NCBI GenBank assembly: GCA_021432655.1
Contig: MU271309.1
Span: forward strand, 1-64,000
Reading direction: 5' to 3'
Length of the DNA: 64,000 nucleotides
DNA from: Atractiella rhizophila
Taxonomy: Eukaryota
Shown here: piece after piece, positions 26,516 to 39,250 of the stretch
How the letters are laid out: every line of letters starts with the position of its first letter
Numbering within the stretch: position 1 is the first letter of the stretch
Position numbers and translations under genes: made by a program
Notes under the pieces: model-generated
Database searches by the model: none
Told to the model about the DNA's origin: nothing
Seen by the model: only the letters and a program-made list of their open reading frames with translations

Positions 26516-29500
26516 TCAATCAATCACCATGCTTCCCTCCCCGCGCTCCGCCTCCGCCGCCGCCTTCTTCCTTGCCGCCTCTGCTCCCTTCCTCTTCTTC
26601 CTGTCATTCTGTTTCACAGCTCCAAATAACTCCTTCATAGGAGGCATGAATCCATCCTGCTCCCAGAGCTTGACCATCATGGCCGAACGAAAGACGGGGT
26701 CCGACAATTGATGACGCAAGTAAGAAACCGTCAGACGACCCCCTGAAAAGGCACGCTCAACATCCACCGAAGTTGCTAGCACCTTCAATCAATGAAAAAA
26801 ACAGAGATGAATGAAGCTGCATACCTGGGACTGCCATAATATCCATGGCCATCTCGTGGAACTTCACACGGAAATGCTCCTTTGCGCGCTTCGCCTCTCG
26901 CCATTGCTGATAGTGGTACTTGAGGCCATCCAATTCTGTTGTCCCAGAATCATCCTGCAGGGTCTTGATAGGCAACGGGACACCTTTGATAAACTCTACA
27001 AGGTAGTCGGCAGTGGAGGTATCGTCTGCATCGTCAATCATTGCGTCGAGTTCGTACAATGTCCGAGCCTTCTTTCGTAGGCGTGGCACAGAGGTGGACG
27101 CCTGTGAGCAACAAATTAGGACTTAATTGTGGGAAGGAAAGTATAGAGGTTCCGGGTTGGACGCACAGAATTACCCGTTTCTGCTTTGTAATGCTGCTGC
27201 TGAAACTCCTGTAAGCTATCCATGGCTTCCATGATCCAAGCCTCTTCCCAATCCAATTTTTTCAAGTATGCAGCCCGGCGGTTGGGATGAAGCACTTGAG
27301 TATCTGTCAGTTTCAATGCTGAAATGTTTGAGTAGTGAAAACCTGCAAAGAGCCCATAGATAGATCTTCGAATCTTCAACTACTTTCAGAAAATATTTTG
27401 TCCAAAACTGCCTGTGCAGTTGCAGCGCCCGCTTGGACAGCAGCGTGCTTGTCAGGGAAGTGGATTTCACCATCAAGCTCGTAAGTTTCATAGAGGCGAG
27501 AGAGATGGACACCGATATTATTGAAGAGGGGGATGACACTGGCTAAATTGGANNNNNNNNNNNNNNNNNNNNNNNNNNNNNNNNNNNNNNNNNNNNNNNN
27601 NNNNNNNNNNNNNNNNNNNNNNNNNNNNNNNNNNNNNNNNNNNNNNNNNNNNNNNNNNNNNNNNNNNNNNNNNNNNNNNNNNCTCAAGTTTTAAGCTCGG
27701 TTTACCACAAAGATTTCGCAATGCGTCCTTCAAGTCTATTGCTCGATCAATCATCGCACCTTCGCCATTCCAACGTGTGGGACAGGCTTTGACAAGGTGC
27801 ACAGGAGGAGATAGAAACTTAAGAGGTCCTTCAGGATCCTCTTTTTGGAGAGCGGCAACCTCGTCGTCAAGTTTGCTTCTAAGCCCATCGTTCAAGGCTG
27901 TCCTTTTGGCCAGATTCACAAGCTATTTTGTTGATTAAAGGACGGTGAAGGGTGAAAGACAATACATGTAGCGTACCTTCGTGAGCATGAAACGTGCCTC
28001 TAATTCTTCCTTCGGAGAACAAGTTGCTTTTGGAGCAGCCTTTTCCCGAATTAGATCAATTGCAGCCGCTTGTGCTTGCACTTCTTCACTTTGGTCTATA
28101 GCAGAAGCGTTAGATTGTTAGACCAATTTGCTAAACCATACCTTCTAGTTCTGCTTCTTCAGTGAACCCCGACTCCCTCAGTTCTGCTTCCAATTGTGAT
28201 AATGCCACTTCATCCGCAGTGATGGAAGTCCCAATGCCTGCTATGACTCGTTTCTTCGTAACTGGCTTCTTGAAACGACTCAAAAATCCCTGGACATTGC
28301 CTCATCTAATCAGTCTCCCATCACATTTTACTGCCAGAACCGTACCTTTGCAACCAAGTTGAGTATGTGGTCAAAGCATCGCACTCGCAAATCTGCTCTC
28401 CAGAGAAGCATCTTCGGATACTTGACCCTTTTTTCCATTGCCATTGTGAATGTATCGTTGTTAGACGCACTGTCGCATGTTGGAGCCATGACCTGCGCAG
28501 AATGTCAACTCTCGAAGAAAGACTCCATGAGCAGACTTGAACACGCACCCTCTCGCACACTTCATATGAATCCAATAAGCCATAGACCAAAGCAGCAATG
28601 TTATCTCCCGTATGTGAATCAAGAACCCTGTTCCTAAATTAAATGGGTTCTCACAATGAAGGACTTTGTACCGAATGAAACCAAGAGCAACTTTCTTTGC
28701 ATCTCCCCGCTCGTGGAAGTGAAGGTAGACAAGGACATAACTGAAGCCCTGAGGAGCTGTCCAGCCGTCCAGCGTAATGAAAAAGTTCCCAGGAGCAGCC
28801 TTTGACAGTTATTAGTATTGTATATAGGATTCAAACTCGGCACGTACCGAAATTCTGGCCTTCACCTTAGCGCGCACGTACTCCTGCAAGAATTTCGCAT
28901 CCTCTACTACTCTGTGACGATCAATGTTTGGAACACTCTCTGATCCACTGTTCCCAGGCTTGAGGATCTCTCGGAAATAATGATCGTGTGTGACATTGAA
29001 TGGACGAGCTGAAGTGGTGCACCAGAGAGCGGCAAGGACACGTCGGTACGTGTCGCGGTCCGTCTGGTCTATCACATTGACTCATAGCTGATTCTCGCTG
29101 ACCACAAGTTTTGTTTGCTGGCTCTTTGAAGATCCTTCGTCGCCCTGTAGACAGTCTTTTTAGATCCTTATCTAAAGCTCACAAAAGACCAACCTCGACG
29201 CATTTGTCGGCGCTAACTTGCAAGCCTTTGGTGCTTCCGTCATCGCGAGCACGTTCATACGTGTGGTTCAGGTTGGTCTTGCAGACAAACGTGTAGAAAA
29301 TGCGAAGTTCTCCTGACTTTCTACCAGATCGCGTGTCCTTCAGATAGGTACCGCGACGAAGAATTGGGCGTTCGTGATAATGAAGATATACGCTCGGTTT
29401 GTCGCTATTCTTTTGAACTTTGGACCTTCCCCAGCGTTGAATATCGAAGTCTATTGTAATATCAGAAAAAGATTTGGATGGAGTCTCGGAAGAAGACCAA

Positions 29501-29730
29501 CCAATGATCTCATCATCCTTCCAACCGTCAAAGCTGCTGTCCATCTTGAAGTCCACCCCTCGTGGTAGTTCCCGAGCGTGCTTTCGAGGGGACCTGCGAA
29601 TGGCATCCCCAACATCATCATCTGATGAATCAAGCTCGATGGTAGCAATATTTTGAGGGTCAGGGGTTTGGCAGGGGCTCTGATGACTGGTGTCGGAATT
29701 CATCGAATCTTTCCGAGTGCGCTTGGACAT
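26516..29730 (-). CDS. hAT transposase, multi-intron, with an apparent frameshift at ~27400 and an assembly gap
   Basis: ARPFN, TLDGWT, CDSASNNDTF, CFDHILNL, CPTRWNGEG, VLHP, and the dimerisation motif ATSVDVERAFSGG. Confidence 0.9.
27553..27682. other. Assembly gap (130 N)
   Basis: Run of N. Confidence 1.
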
Positions 29731-30522
29731 GATGGAATACCAGACAAGAAATGAGTGCAAGTGATTGCCAGGAAATCAGTCCTGTTTTATAACTTTTCGC
29801 CTCTGGGTACGGCCGATAGAGGCAATCCTCTACCAATTGCAAGGTCAACAGAGCACACGGATGCGGTATGTCATCCCCAATGGACTCGTCCGAAGCAGGC
29901 ACTGACAATTTTTGTGTTCCAGCAGCCAGACAGAAGCTGCCGATAGCCATCAACAGCACATCCATTTGCTGGGAATTTGAATGTTTCATTTATTTCTTTG
30001 TGCTGCTCTCATCGCAGGGACTCAAACCCATCTGCACAGTTCATTCAAGGAGGAGCACATTCGGTACACTCACCGTCAGAGAACTTCTTTGGAATCACAT
30101 AATTTTGCCAATATTCTCATCCGGGTTCTTTCAGAAGCAGATTGTACTCTAAGCTTTTCATAGCTCTTTCTCCTATGCCCGCGCAGAATCGAGTGGAAGG
30201 CATCCAATTCTCTCTCCCGCTCACCCATGACATAAAAAAGGAAGGAATGACGGACTGTTCGAGGACTGTTTAAAATCTCGGGCTCTACTTTCAAGTTAAG
30301 ACGGGAGTGAAGCATAAGATCAAGCGTGAAACTTGTGCACAGTTGCTCGAGAAACCGTGCAAACCAACGGGTAGCCACGAGTTTCGAATTCGTAAATGTG
30401 TTTCCCGTCCCCTTCCCTTCCCCAGCAAGGATTTTCCCGCCGCTCCCGTGGGATCCCCTTAAGGGGAAGGGGATGGGAGGGTCACAGGTTTTGACGGAAT
30501 CCAAAACCGTGTACCAAGCCTA

Positions 30523-33136
30523 GTAGAGAGCCAAGGGATCTTCTTCTTTGTGACAGCTTCGATGCTCCGAAAAATGAGGTTGCAACCCTTTGATATCCTT
30601 AACCCAAAACATGCCCTAGAGTGTGACCTAATGGAATTCCTTATGAAAACCATATGGGCATAGAAAGATAACTAACGGGATGCATGATACATTCCTGCCA
30701 CTTCCCATTCTCTTAGATTTGTACTCCGTTCCACGCCTTTGAAGGTAACATCGATAGCCAGGAGTTCAACATGAAGAAGTGTTTCTGCTTGGAATGATGT
30801 AAAGCAGACACAATAACGGAAACCGTCAACAGGGTCTTGTTGAACATCTCGGATAAATAATCTTCTGGGATCTTTCTGAAGTTGTTCCTCTTTCCACATG
30901 TGACGGATCTCTACATCCATGCCAAGGACTAAGTGGTTTGAGAAGACTAAGAAGAGTGCACTGACCTTCCATCCAATCATCCGATGTTCGAGAAGGACCT
31001 CGAGGTATGGTCAATGGTTGAATCAAATGTTTCCCCCTTTGTACCATTTTCCTGAGTTTGTTCAGATTAATAAGAGCCGGAGCCACGGCTGCAATTGAAC
31101 CAGTTCCGAGAGAGTTATTGATTATTCGGCCTGTAAAGTAGTTAGTCCATAACAATCTGTTATGTAATGACATCGACATACTATTTAATAACTTTCCACC
31201 TGAAAGCCGCTCCTCGCTTTGAAGAACCAATTCCATGCATCGAAGAATGAAGTCTGTTTGTTCTGTTCCAGTTTTCATCGGCGGTGAGGGTGGGTGATTG
31301 TGCGCTCCAATGGGAAGAATAAAGTAGAGGCCACTTGACAACCATTCTTCATCAATCTTGTGACCCTGTGCCCAACAATGGATAACCGCAGAACAGTGGC
31401 TATTATCTTGAGATCGATGTTGTTGGGGATAATGAACACGGGAATCAGGGAGAAGCTCCAGCAGTAATAGACCCGCTCAATTACATATTATCCTTTGGTA
31501 GTGGATTTTACGTACAACAATCCTGGGCAGTAGAATTAGTAGGCATCCAATAAGGACAAGTACCTGGCCGGTACATCCAATGTGAATGATCAAAGCTGGG
31601 AGGCATCTGTTCATAAAGAAGCAGATGCTCAATGGTCTCTAAGTGACATCGGCGCGGAAGTGTTATCCTGAGGTGATTCTGATTGCTTTTTCGAACTGCT
31701 ACATCATAAACGGCTGTGCTTATCCAGATTGGAAGTTGTGAAGCTGGTTTGATTGCAGAACATCGGATTTCATGTTCATGGCCAAATCTATCAACACCCT
31801 GGAAGAATATATGATATTATCTTCAGGTTTGATGACTGAGGAATAAACTCACACTCTCAAGTTTTGCCATGATCAACTTCTCGTTGCATGTAGGACAGAT
31901 CTTCTTATATTTCTTAAGCAACACGGCACCATACCAACTATTCGGCTCATCAGGCACAACAAGGGATATAATCAGACAACATACTTAGCCGTCTGCTCTT
32001 CTACACTCCAGTCAAGAATTGTACGGCCAAAATAATCTTCACAGAGTTGAAAGAGAGAATGTGTATCATTGAGATTCGGAAAGTAAGAGGTGTACTCCTT
32101 AAGAAGTGCCCAATCAAAAAGAGAGCAGGGTTTCCCGAAGCCATGCGAGCTACACAGAAGGGGATATCGGCGCCATAATGGAGCCGTATTGTGTAGAGAA
32201 GTTGTAGAAACATCTTGATCGTCAAGGTAGGGATGAGATATTAAATCGGACTCTTTGAGAGAACCAGATAAGCCTTTGTGTACACCCTGAAGCTATTTCG
32301 AGGTCATAACGCCTTCAGTGTGCAGTAGCATGGTCAAAGAAGAACCTAAACATACCTCAGCTGCAGGCTCAGCTGCTTTACCATTAATATCATTCAATCC
32401 TCTCAAGTCGATCCGGAAACCAACTGATCCATCCTCTGTACTTGGCAAGTAGCCAGGCCACTTTGGTTTTAACTACCAAATTGACATTTCGCATTGTCCC
32501 CTGCCTAACAAACTTATTTCCTAGATACCGGGTGTCCCCTGTTGCTTGAAAAGAGCTCCAGTCAGCTCCTTTTCCCATAAGGTACCCATCGAAGCCTGAG
32601 TAGACAGAATAGTCGGTTTGAAGGGCGGCGCGAGGATCTTGAGATGAAATGTGAGGAGGCAGGTGGTCGGGAATCTTGCGTGTAGCCAGTGATTGAGCCT
32701 GACCAACAAGATCTAGTCCATTGAAGATAAAGGAAATGGGTTGATTTTTGGAGCTAGATAGAGCAGAGGAGGTCAAGGAGGTCCGAGGACGTTGAATGCT
32801 TCGAGGGTTGCATTGTCGGAGAGGGGAGATGTGCTCCAGCCCACGCTCTCCTGTAATAGGAAGAGGAGGAGTTTGAGGGCGGGTTGAGGTTGCTGAGGAT
32901 GGTGATCTATTAAAAAGCCCATTACTTATAAGACAGCATGTCATACCTGACATTGATGCATCACAAAGACCTTCCACTACACTGTCAACCTCCATTGAGT
33001 CTCTGAGACCTTTTATCAACCCATCAGTATCATTAAACCGACAATAGGGCCACATTACCCTCTCTGAATTGTCTAAACCATTCAGCATCAAAGCCTTCCA
33101 TGTCGCAGCTTCATTCCTCCTTGCTCCTGGAATCAA
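30523..33136 (-). pseudogene. Mutator(MULE)-like DDE transposase, 5' part
   Basis: GAHNHPP (WRKY-like Zn-domain end) and LLAIDVTFKGV..LREWEVAG (first D). IFRSIEAVTKKKIPWL runs into the hAT TSD. Many introns; the start is uncertain. Confidence 0.65.
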
Positions 33137-33337
33137 GGAGAGCAGATACCGTGGTTGGGGACTATTGCCTTCCGAACTTTGGTATTGAATAGAGAATAGA
33201 TGATGCTGAGTTTGTCTTTGGTTTGCGCCTGAGCTTATTCAGAGCGCAGAAAGACACGGTTCCTCTTTCAAAGCCGGAGCAGCTTTGAGTGAAGTGCATT
33301 TTGAAATAAAAGTATGATATTTCATTAAACTACCAAT

Positions 33338-34439
33338 CTACGTCAGCATACTCCCACTCTTTTGCACTCTGCCCTCAAGTACTGTCATAATCTTATCCAA
33401 CTTCATCTCCAAAACATTCAATCGGTCCTTTATCGTTGGACCATCATCCCTCTTCCTCTTTTTCTCCACTAATGGCGACAAGATACCGGATGAGGAGGAG
33501 GAGCTGGAGGGTAATGATGAGGCAGAAGTTAAGGGCTTGGGGTAAGGTGTGTAGCGATGTGACAAAGGCATCAGTTCCTTCTTAATCTTCAATCCAAAGT
33601 CCGGCATTGGAGCATCTGCGAGGCTATGAGCTTCATGGATGATTGGTGGAGTAGAAGGAATAAGTGTACCTTCTGTTGGCCAAGAGAGAGAGATATGCGA
33701 TAAAGGATGCGAGCTGGGATGGTGCTGGCGCTTGCCTGCAGGTGTTTGAACAACACAGTCCCAAATAAGAGATGGACTTACTCCACAGGTCTTGCAAATG
33801 ATGGCTAAGGCGATGAGGTCAGAGACGAGCTGTGATGCGTTTGAACTTGTGGACATATTGTCCATGGCTGTCATTGAAGCCGCGACAACCCACAAACTGT
33901 GTATTGTTGTAAATGGGGCTTCGTCGACTTGGTTTCCCCTGTGGCAACCTCTTACCCCAATGACGTGCACATAAAGTATCACTCACTGGTCCAAACAGCT
34001 TTACCACCAGCTCTCCATCACAACCGCTGTACCCGCATTCCTCCTCCACACACGTACGAGCGAAAGACCGTTCTTCCTCTTCCTTCTCATAGTTGGTATC
34101 TAGATCATAAACAATCTTTGGTTTAATATCAACATTGTTGAGTCCGGGACTTGATGTAGGCTGGACTTGAGAAGATGGGAGACGGTGAGCAGAACTTGGG
34201 GAAGGGGTTGTAAGAGAAGTGTCGTCCTCAGTCTGTGAAAGAGGGAGAGATGCAAGCCAGACTTGCAAGATCTTTTCCCTCTCCTCCATCGGAAGGGATT
34301 TGAGAATCTGAAAATTCAAAGATTAGAAGTGACTGCTGTAAGCAAGGAATGAAATAAAACAGACCTTGAGCAGCTCAGAATCTTTAACGGATCCTTTCGC
34401 TTCCGTTTCCAGCCATTCATCTGTCAACCAGTGCGCCAT
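33338..34439 (-). CDS. Hypothetical Cys/His-rich protein (third ORF of the putative element, or detached 5' exons)
   Basis: ATG at 34439, intron at ~34313-34364, then overlapping ORFs 33819-34319 and 33338-33982. Motifs: C..GCDG, FVGCRGF..H, CKTC, a basic KKRKR segment and a coiled-coil end. Confidence 0.5.
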
Positions 34440-35025
34440 TGTCTGTGCGGTTTGTTCATAAGGGTTGGAAAGGGAGTAGATGAGGGAAAAGGGCGCAGAA
34501 AGGAAAGAGGGTGTGCATTTGTATCAAAACTTGACCTGGGGACCTTGCTGGTTCTTTACAGATATTGTCATCAATAGGAATTGAAATCTGTAGGAAAAAG
34601 GCAAACTGCGGCTGCGTGTTGCCGTCAGCGTCGCCGAATCTTTCGGAAGTAGCTTGATCTCCATGCCATTGCTTGCCGTACTCATGTATACCTTACAGAA
34701 AAGTAACGTACTGGCAGTGCTGCTGGAGCTCCACCTACGGGCTAGTCGCCGAGGGGTTAAATAACAATCACACCACCATGCCAACAGAACAACGGATTGT
34801 AAATGTTTGCTTGGCTGTTAAATTGAAATTGCTAAGCTTTCTGATTCAATGTTTGCGTCACGGGTTCCATCAGGTGCTGAAATACAATTATAACAAGCAC
34901 AAGCACTGAGCACAAGTTTGAAGAAGAATAATTATAGTGTGATTGACGCCTGAGGAGCAAAGAAATTAGAAACTGTTCAAAATGTAAATTGTAACGTTGA
35001 GCTAGATCAGAGCTATCATACAGAT

Positions 35026-36784
35026 TTATTCTCTTTTGAGGAATTGGCTAAATAAGGTCGCGGGGTACCTCGTCATTGGCCATGGTCTTACTACGGTTAC
35101 AACGGTCATGACCGGATCTGTGAGAGCAGTCGCACTCCGAGTGGGAATAGGAGACAGTTGTAGACTCTTTGTGCACAATGAAGAAAACAATTCCTTTCTG
35201 AAGCGAGCGGCGTTTGCGCCGTGTGAAACACAATGAAAAGTTCCCGAGACTTGCGCTGAGACTGCATGGGAATGATGAGTAGAATTGCATAGGAGTGCAG
35301 CAGTACAAGTGAATCGAACAAGTTTTTCTGCATGCAATGACAGGACAAAGGGATAGAAACCTGACGTCCCGCTTTTACTCAGGTCGCGTTCTGACTATCG
35401 TACCTCAATAACTTATAATGATCAGTCATATATATACGATAACTCACGTATCGGGGGCCAGCCGTCCATCCGTTGGGATTGTTGATCGTAAAAGTCGGGG
35501 GTCACAAATTTCACTGCTGCAAACTTGAACGAAGAATCCCGAGACTGCTCGTCCACCGATTTGCTTGATTCATCCTTTGCTCCTCCTTCTGGAATACTGT
35601 CAATCTGAACCAAAATGGATGTCGCCATGCCGACGACATAGAGAGCACATCCAGTGGCGGCCAGTACGATCCCGGACACGGTAAACCCTTTCCTCGTTGT
35701 TGTGCGGAATGTCTGGATGTGAAGAAATCGAAGCCGCCAGCGCTGCAAAGGCGACGAAAAGTGAAAAATAACGTTTGATGGCTATCAGGTTCCTGAAGAA
35801 ATTTGAACGGCCCTGGGTCTCTGAGCCGTCTGTGGTTGCTGGAGCGCCATCGAGAATGAGATGTCGCATCTTCGTTTCGAGGATCTCGACGAGCACCCCG
35901 GTTGCGAAGAAAAAGCATGAGACTGAAGATATGGATAATATCTTCCTTCCATGCCAGGGTCCGGCTTGAAAAAGTCTGAGATCTCACCTCTCGCAGCATT
36001 TCTTTGTTTGATTCCTCGCAAATGACTCGGAATGACGAGAAAACATGAAGGTTCGAGTCCTGGAATTTGGTGGATAGGACCATGAGTTCAAAGCGTGAGA
36101 GGGGATAGGTGTAATCGTCATATATTCGCGAGACTCCATGGGTTGCTGAGGGTTGACTTCCGTCTCGGAAACTGATATACCACAAAGACTCTGGTGGTTT
36201 TGGTTGATTAGTTGGGGAATGGTAGGACAGGAACTCGTCTCGACTCGTTGATTGTCCATCCCGCCCCAAGGAACCTGAAAGTCCACCATCAGTAAGACCA
36301 AAGACACATAAAATTAGAATGAGAAACTGACACAGCGCGTTTCTCACCAGGTCCCCAACGTTCAGAAATGGAGCAGAGAATCGACTGGAGGCCGTTGAAT
36401 CAGGGCTAACCCTGCCTCCTCCAGGATCCTGAGGCTCCCCAGTTGGCAATCCCGTGCATATTGTGAAGATGTCCTGTTGGATTTTATCATCATTGCCGGT
36501 TTCTGGAACAGAGGGTGGTTGCTTTTAAATCGAACAAGGGCGTCCGACAAGGCTGCTTCTTCTTTGAGTGTGATTGAAGGCCAACCTTTGTTATAACGAT
36601 GCGATTGTTGAACAAAGAGATATGGTGGTGCCCCGAAGAGCTCAGTTGCCAGTGAGCTTAGAGTCGTAATGTTGCCGTGCTCTTCCGCTTGCTGACTGAT
36701 GCAGCGGTCGGTGCGGCCACAAATAAACTCAAGCTTAAGCTTTCCCGGCGCAGCACTGACCGCTGGCGCGGCGCAAACCGACAC
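35026..36784 (-). CDS. Hypothetical multi-exon protein, divergent from beta-tubulin
   Basis: Stack of overlapping minus-strand ORFs with plausible splice sites; no domain recognised. Confidence 0.35.
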
Positions 36785-37344
36785 TGTTTTTAAATTCAGC
36801 TGTATGCGAGGCTGACGCCGCCAATGGTTGCCGTAAGCAGAGGCCGGCCCGTATCTATCCGGTCTGCGCTTTTCTTGAAGACTGCCCCAAAGGGAATAGT
36901 AATCAACAGTAATTACCTACATCGCTTTGAAGGTATACAGTAAGGGTAGAGACGTATCGAGGAAAGGAAAAGGAGAGACCCGTCGCCCCGGGGGGTCGGA
37001 GACCGTCGGGGTTAAAACTGGTCTACCAATTTTGTGCTCAAATCTTCGCCAAACCTGGAGCAAAACCCCTTTGAGCTGGCGCTGAGGCCGCTTTCGCATA
37101 ACCCTAGGGGCGACCAGTTTGCCGTTTTTCTGCTGCTTTTTCCATCACACAGGGATTCTCCATTTCCAGGTCTCACAGCGAATCGCCTGGACTCCAAACT
37201 CAATTTGCAGTGTACACTACATCCAAGAAGAGTCGGCGAGCTTGTGATAACTTATCCGGAATTACCTCCATCTTTGTGTTCTATCTTTAAAACGCCTCTT
37301 CTCCCCTACACTAAAGTCCTTAATCACATGAAGAAGTCGACATA

Positions 37345-39250
37345 ATGAGGGAAATCATTCATCTTCAAATCGGCCAATGTGGCGTAAGTTTTCGATCCAC
37401 CGTCGAAAAAGTAACGGGTTTGGAATGCTGATAACATTGAACGGATGGTAGAACCAAATTGGTAGTAGTTTCTGGGAGGGTACATCTAAATTTCTGTTTT
37501 CTCCCGAAGTTGGCGAATGGGGCAAGAGATTGGGGAGTTCGGGGTCGTGCGCCACAGTCGAGTGATCGGTGCTGATTTCTTCTTTTTCTCCGGCCACAGT
37601 CGTCTCTGACGAGCACGGACTTGACCCCACTGGAAAGTGTGCTGCTCTATTTTTTTGAAGGTCCAATGATCAATTTTCGTTAGATACAAGGGGAACAACG
37701 ATCAGCAACTTGATCGTATCTCTGTCTACTACAATGAGATCAACGGTGCGTGACCTCTTCCTTCTGCTGCATGGTAAACCTGTGTTGAAATCTTTGCGCG
37801 AAGATCGCGAAGGCAACAAGTATGTTCCCCGAGCGGTCCTTATCGATCTCGAGCCTGGAACGATGGACACGATCCGCTCAGGAAACTATGGGAAGCTTTT
37901 CCGACCTGATAACTTCGTTTTCGGTCAGAACGGCGCTGGTAACAACTGGGCCAAGGGTGGGTCTTGTCTCATTTTGCTAATGGGTGGAACCGTCGTCAAT
38001 GAGTTTGTTCCTTGAACAGGATATTACACCGAGGGTGCGGAATTGGTCGACGCCGTTCTTGACGTGGTGAGGAAAGAGGCGGAGGGGTGTGATTGCATTC
38101 AAGGTTTCCAGTTCACCCACTCTCTTGGTGGTGGAACTGGTGCTGGAATGGGTACTCTTTTGGTATCCAAGATTCGAGAAGAGTTCCCCGACCGTATGAT
38201 GGCCACTTTCTCTGTCGTTCCGTCTCCCAAGGTCTGTCGTTTGGTTAGTAGATGCATGGTCGCTGAATTTTTCCGCAGGTCTCCGATACCGTCGTTGAGC
38301 CTTACAATGCCACCCTCTCCGTCCACCAGTTGGTCGAGAACTCAGATGAGACCTTCTGTTTGGACAACCAAGCTCTTTACGACATTTGCGAGAAGACGCT
38401 CAAGCTCCCCACTCCCTCTCACGACAACCTTAACCACTTGGTTAGCGTCGTCATGTCTGGTGTCACGACGTGCCTTCGATTTCCTGGACAGCTCAACTCT
38501 GATTTGAGGAAGCTCGCTGTCAACATGGTTCCCTTCCCTCGTCTCCACTTCTTCATAGTCGGATTCGCACCTCTCACGGCTGGAAGCTCTCAGCAATACA
38601 GGGCTGTCACCGTCCCTGAGCTGACCTCCCAGATGTTCGACCCGAAGAACATGATGGCCGCTTGCGATCCCAAGTTTATTACTTTCTTTCTATGTATCCA
38701 CGTTGTCCTCATTCCTGCTTCCTTAGGCACGGAAGATACCTTACTGTAGCGGCTTACTTCCGTGGAAAGGTGTCGATGAAGGAGGTCGAAGATCAAATTC
38801 TCGCTGTTCAGTCCAAGAATTCCTCTTACTTCGTCGAGTGGATCCCGAACAATGTTCTGACTGCGAGCTGTGACATTCCGCCAAGAGGGCTGAAGATGTC
38901 TGTTACCTTCATTGGAAACTCGACTGCCATCCAAGACCTCTTCAAGAGGGTTTCCGATCAGTTCACTGCTATGTTTAGGCGTAAAGCTTTCTTGCATTGG
39001 TACACCGGAGAGGGTATGGAGGAGTTGGAATTGTGCGTTTATACTTCCTTCATGCGTAATTGCTCCTTGATAACGTCTCTATAGCTCTGAGGCTCAATCG
39101 AATATGCAAGATTTAGTTGCTGAATATCAACAATACCAGGAAGTGTCTGTACGTCTGCTGGTTTGGACTGTTCTTCAGGTGTGTTAACTCAGTTTCTAGG
39201 CTGATGATGAGGAGATCGAGGGAGAAGAGGAAGTTTACGACGAGGAGTAA
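37345..39250 (+). CDS. tub2: Beta-tubulin (divergent, beta-2-like paralog), intact, about 10 exons
   Basis: [72 protein letters not shown], and an acidic tail ending in TAA at 39248-39250. GT-AG introns keep the frame. Confidence 0.98.

Larger units (their letters stand above)
26248..30522 (-). mobile_element. hAT transposon, full length (4275 bp)
   Basis: Perfect 16-bp TIR TAGGCTTGGTACACGG (26248-26263 / 30507-30522) and perfect 8-bp TSD GTAGAGAG (26240-26247 / 30523-30530). CCCGT-rich subterminal repeats are present. Confidence 0.97.
15297..34760. mobile_element. Putative TET/JBP-carrying Mutator-like transposon (~8 kb net of two nested insertions)
   Basis: Imperfect inverted repeat 15309-15348 / 34685-34725 (33 of 41 columns by hand; core CTTTTCTGTAmGGTATACA, 18/19), with CCTCGGC further out at both ends. 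It encloses the dioxygenase, the DDE transposase and a third ORF. No TSD was seen. Confidence 0.5.

Noticed and set aside
24560..33136. KDZ (Kyakuja/Dileera/Zisupton) assignment for the TET-adjacent transposase
   Set aside because: KDZ catalytic motifs and CxC domains were not seen; the layout is Mutator-like.
38099..38997. Minus-strand ORFs over tubulin, and similar antisense ORFs over transposases
   Set aside because: They are shadows of the real coding strand.
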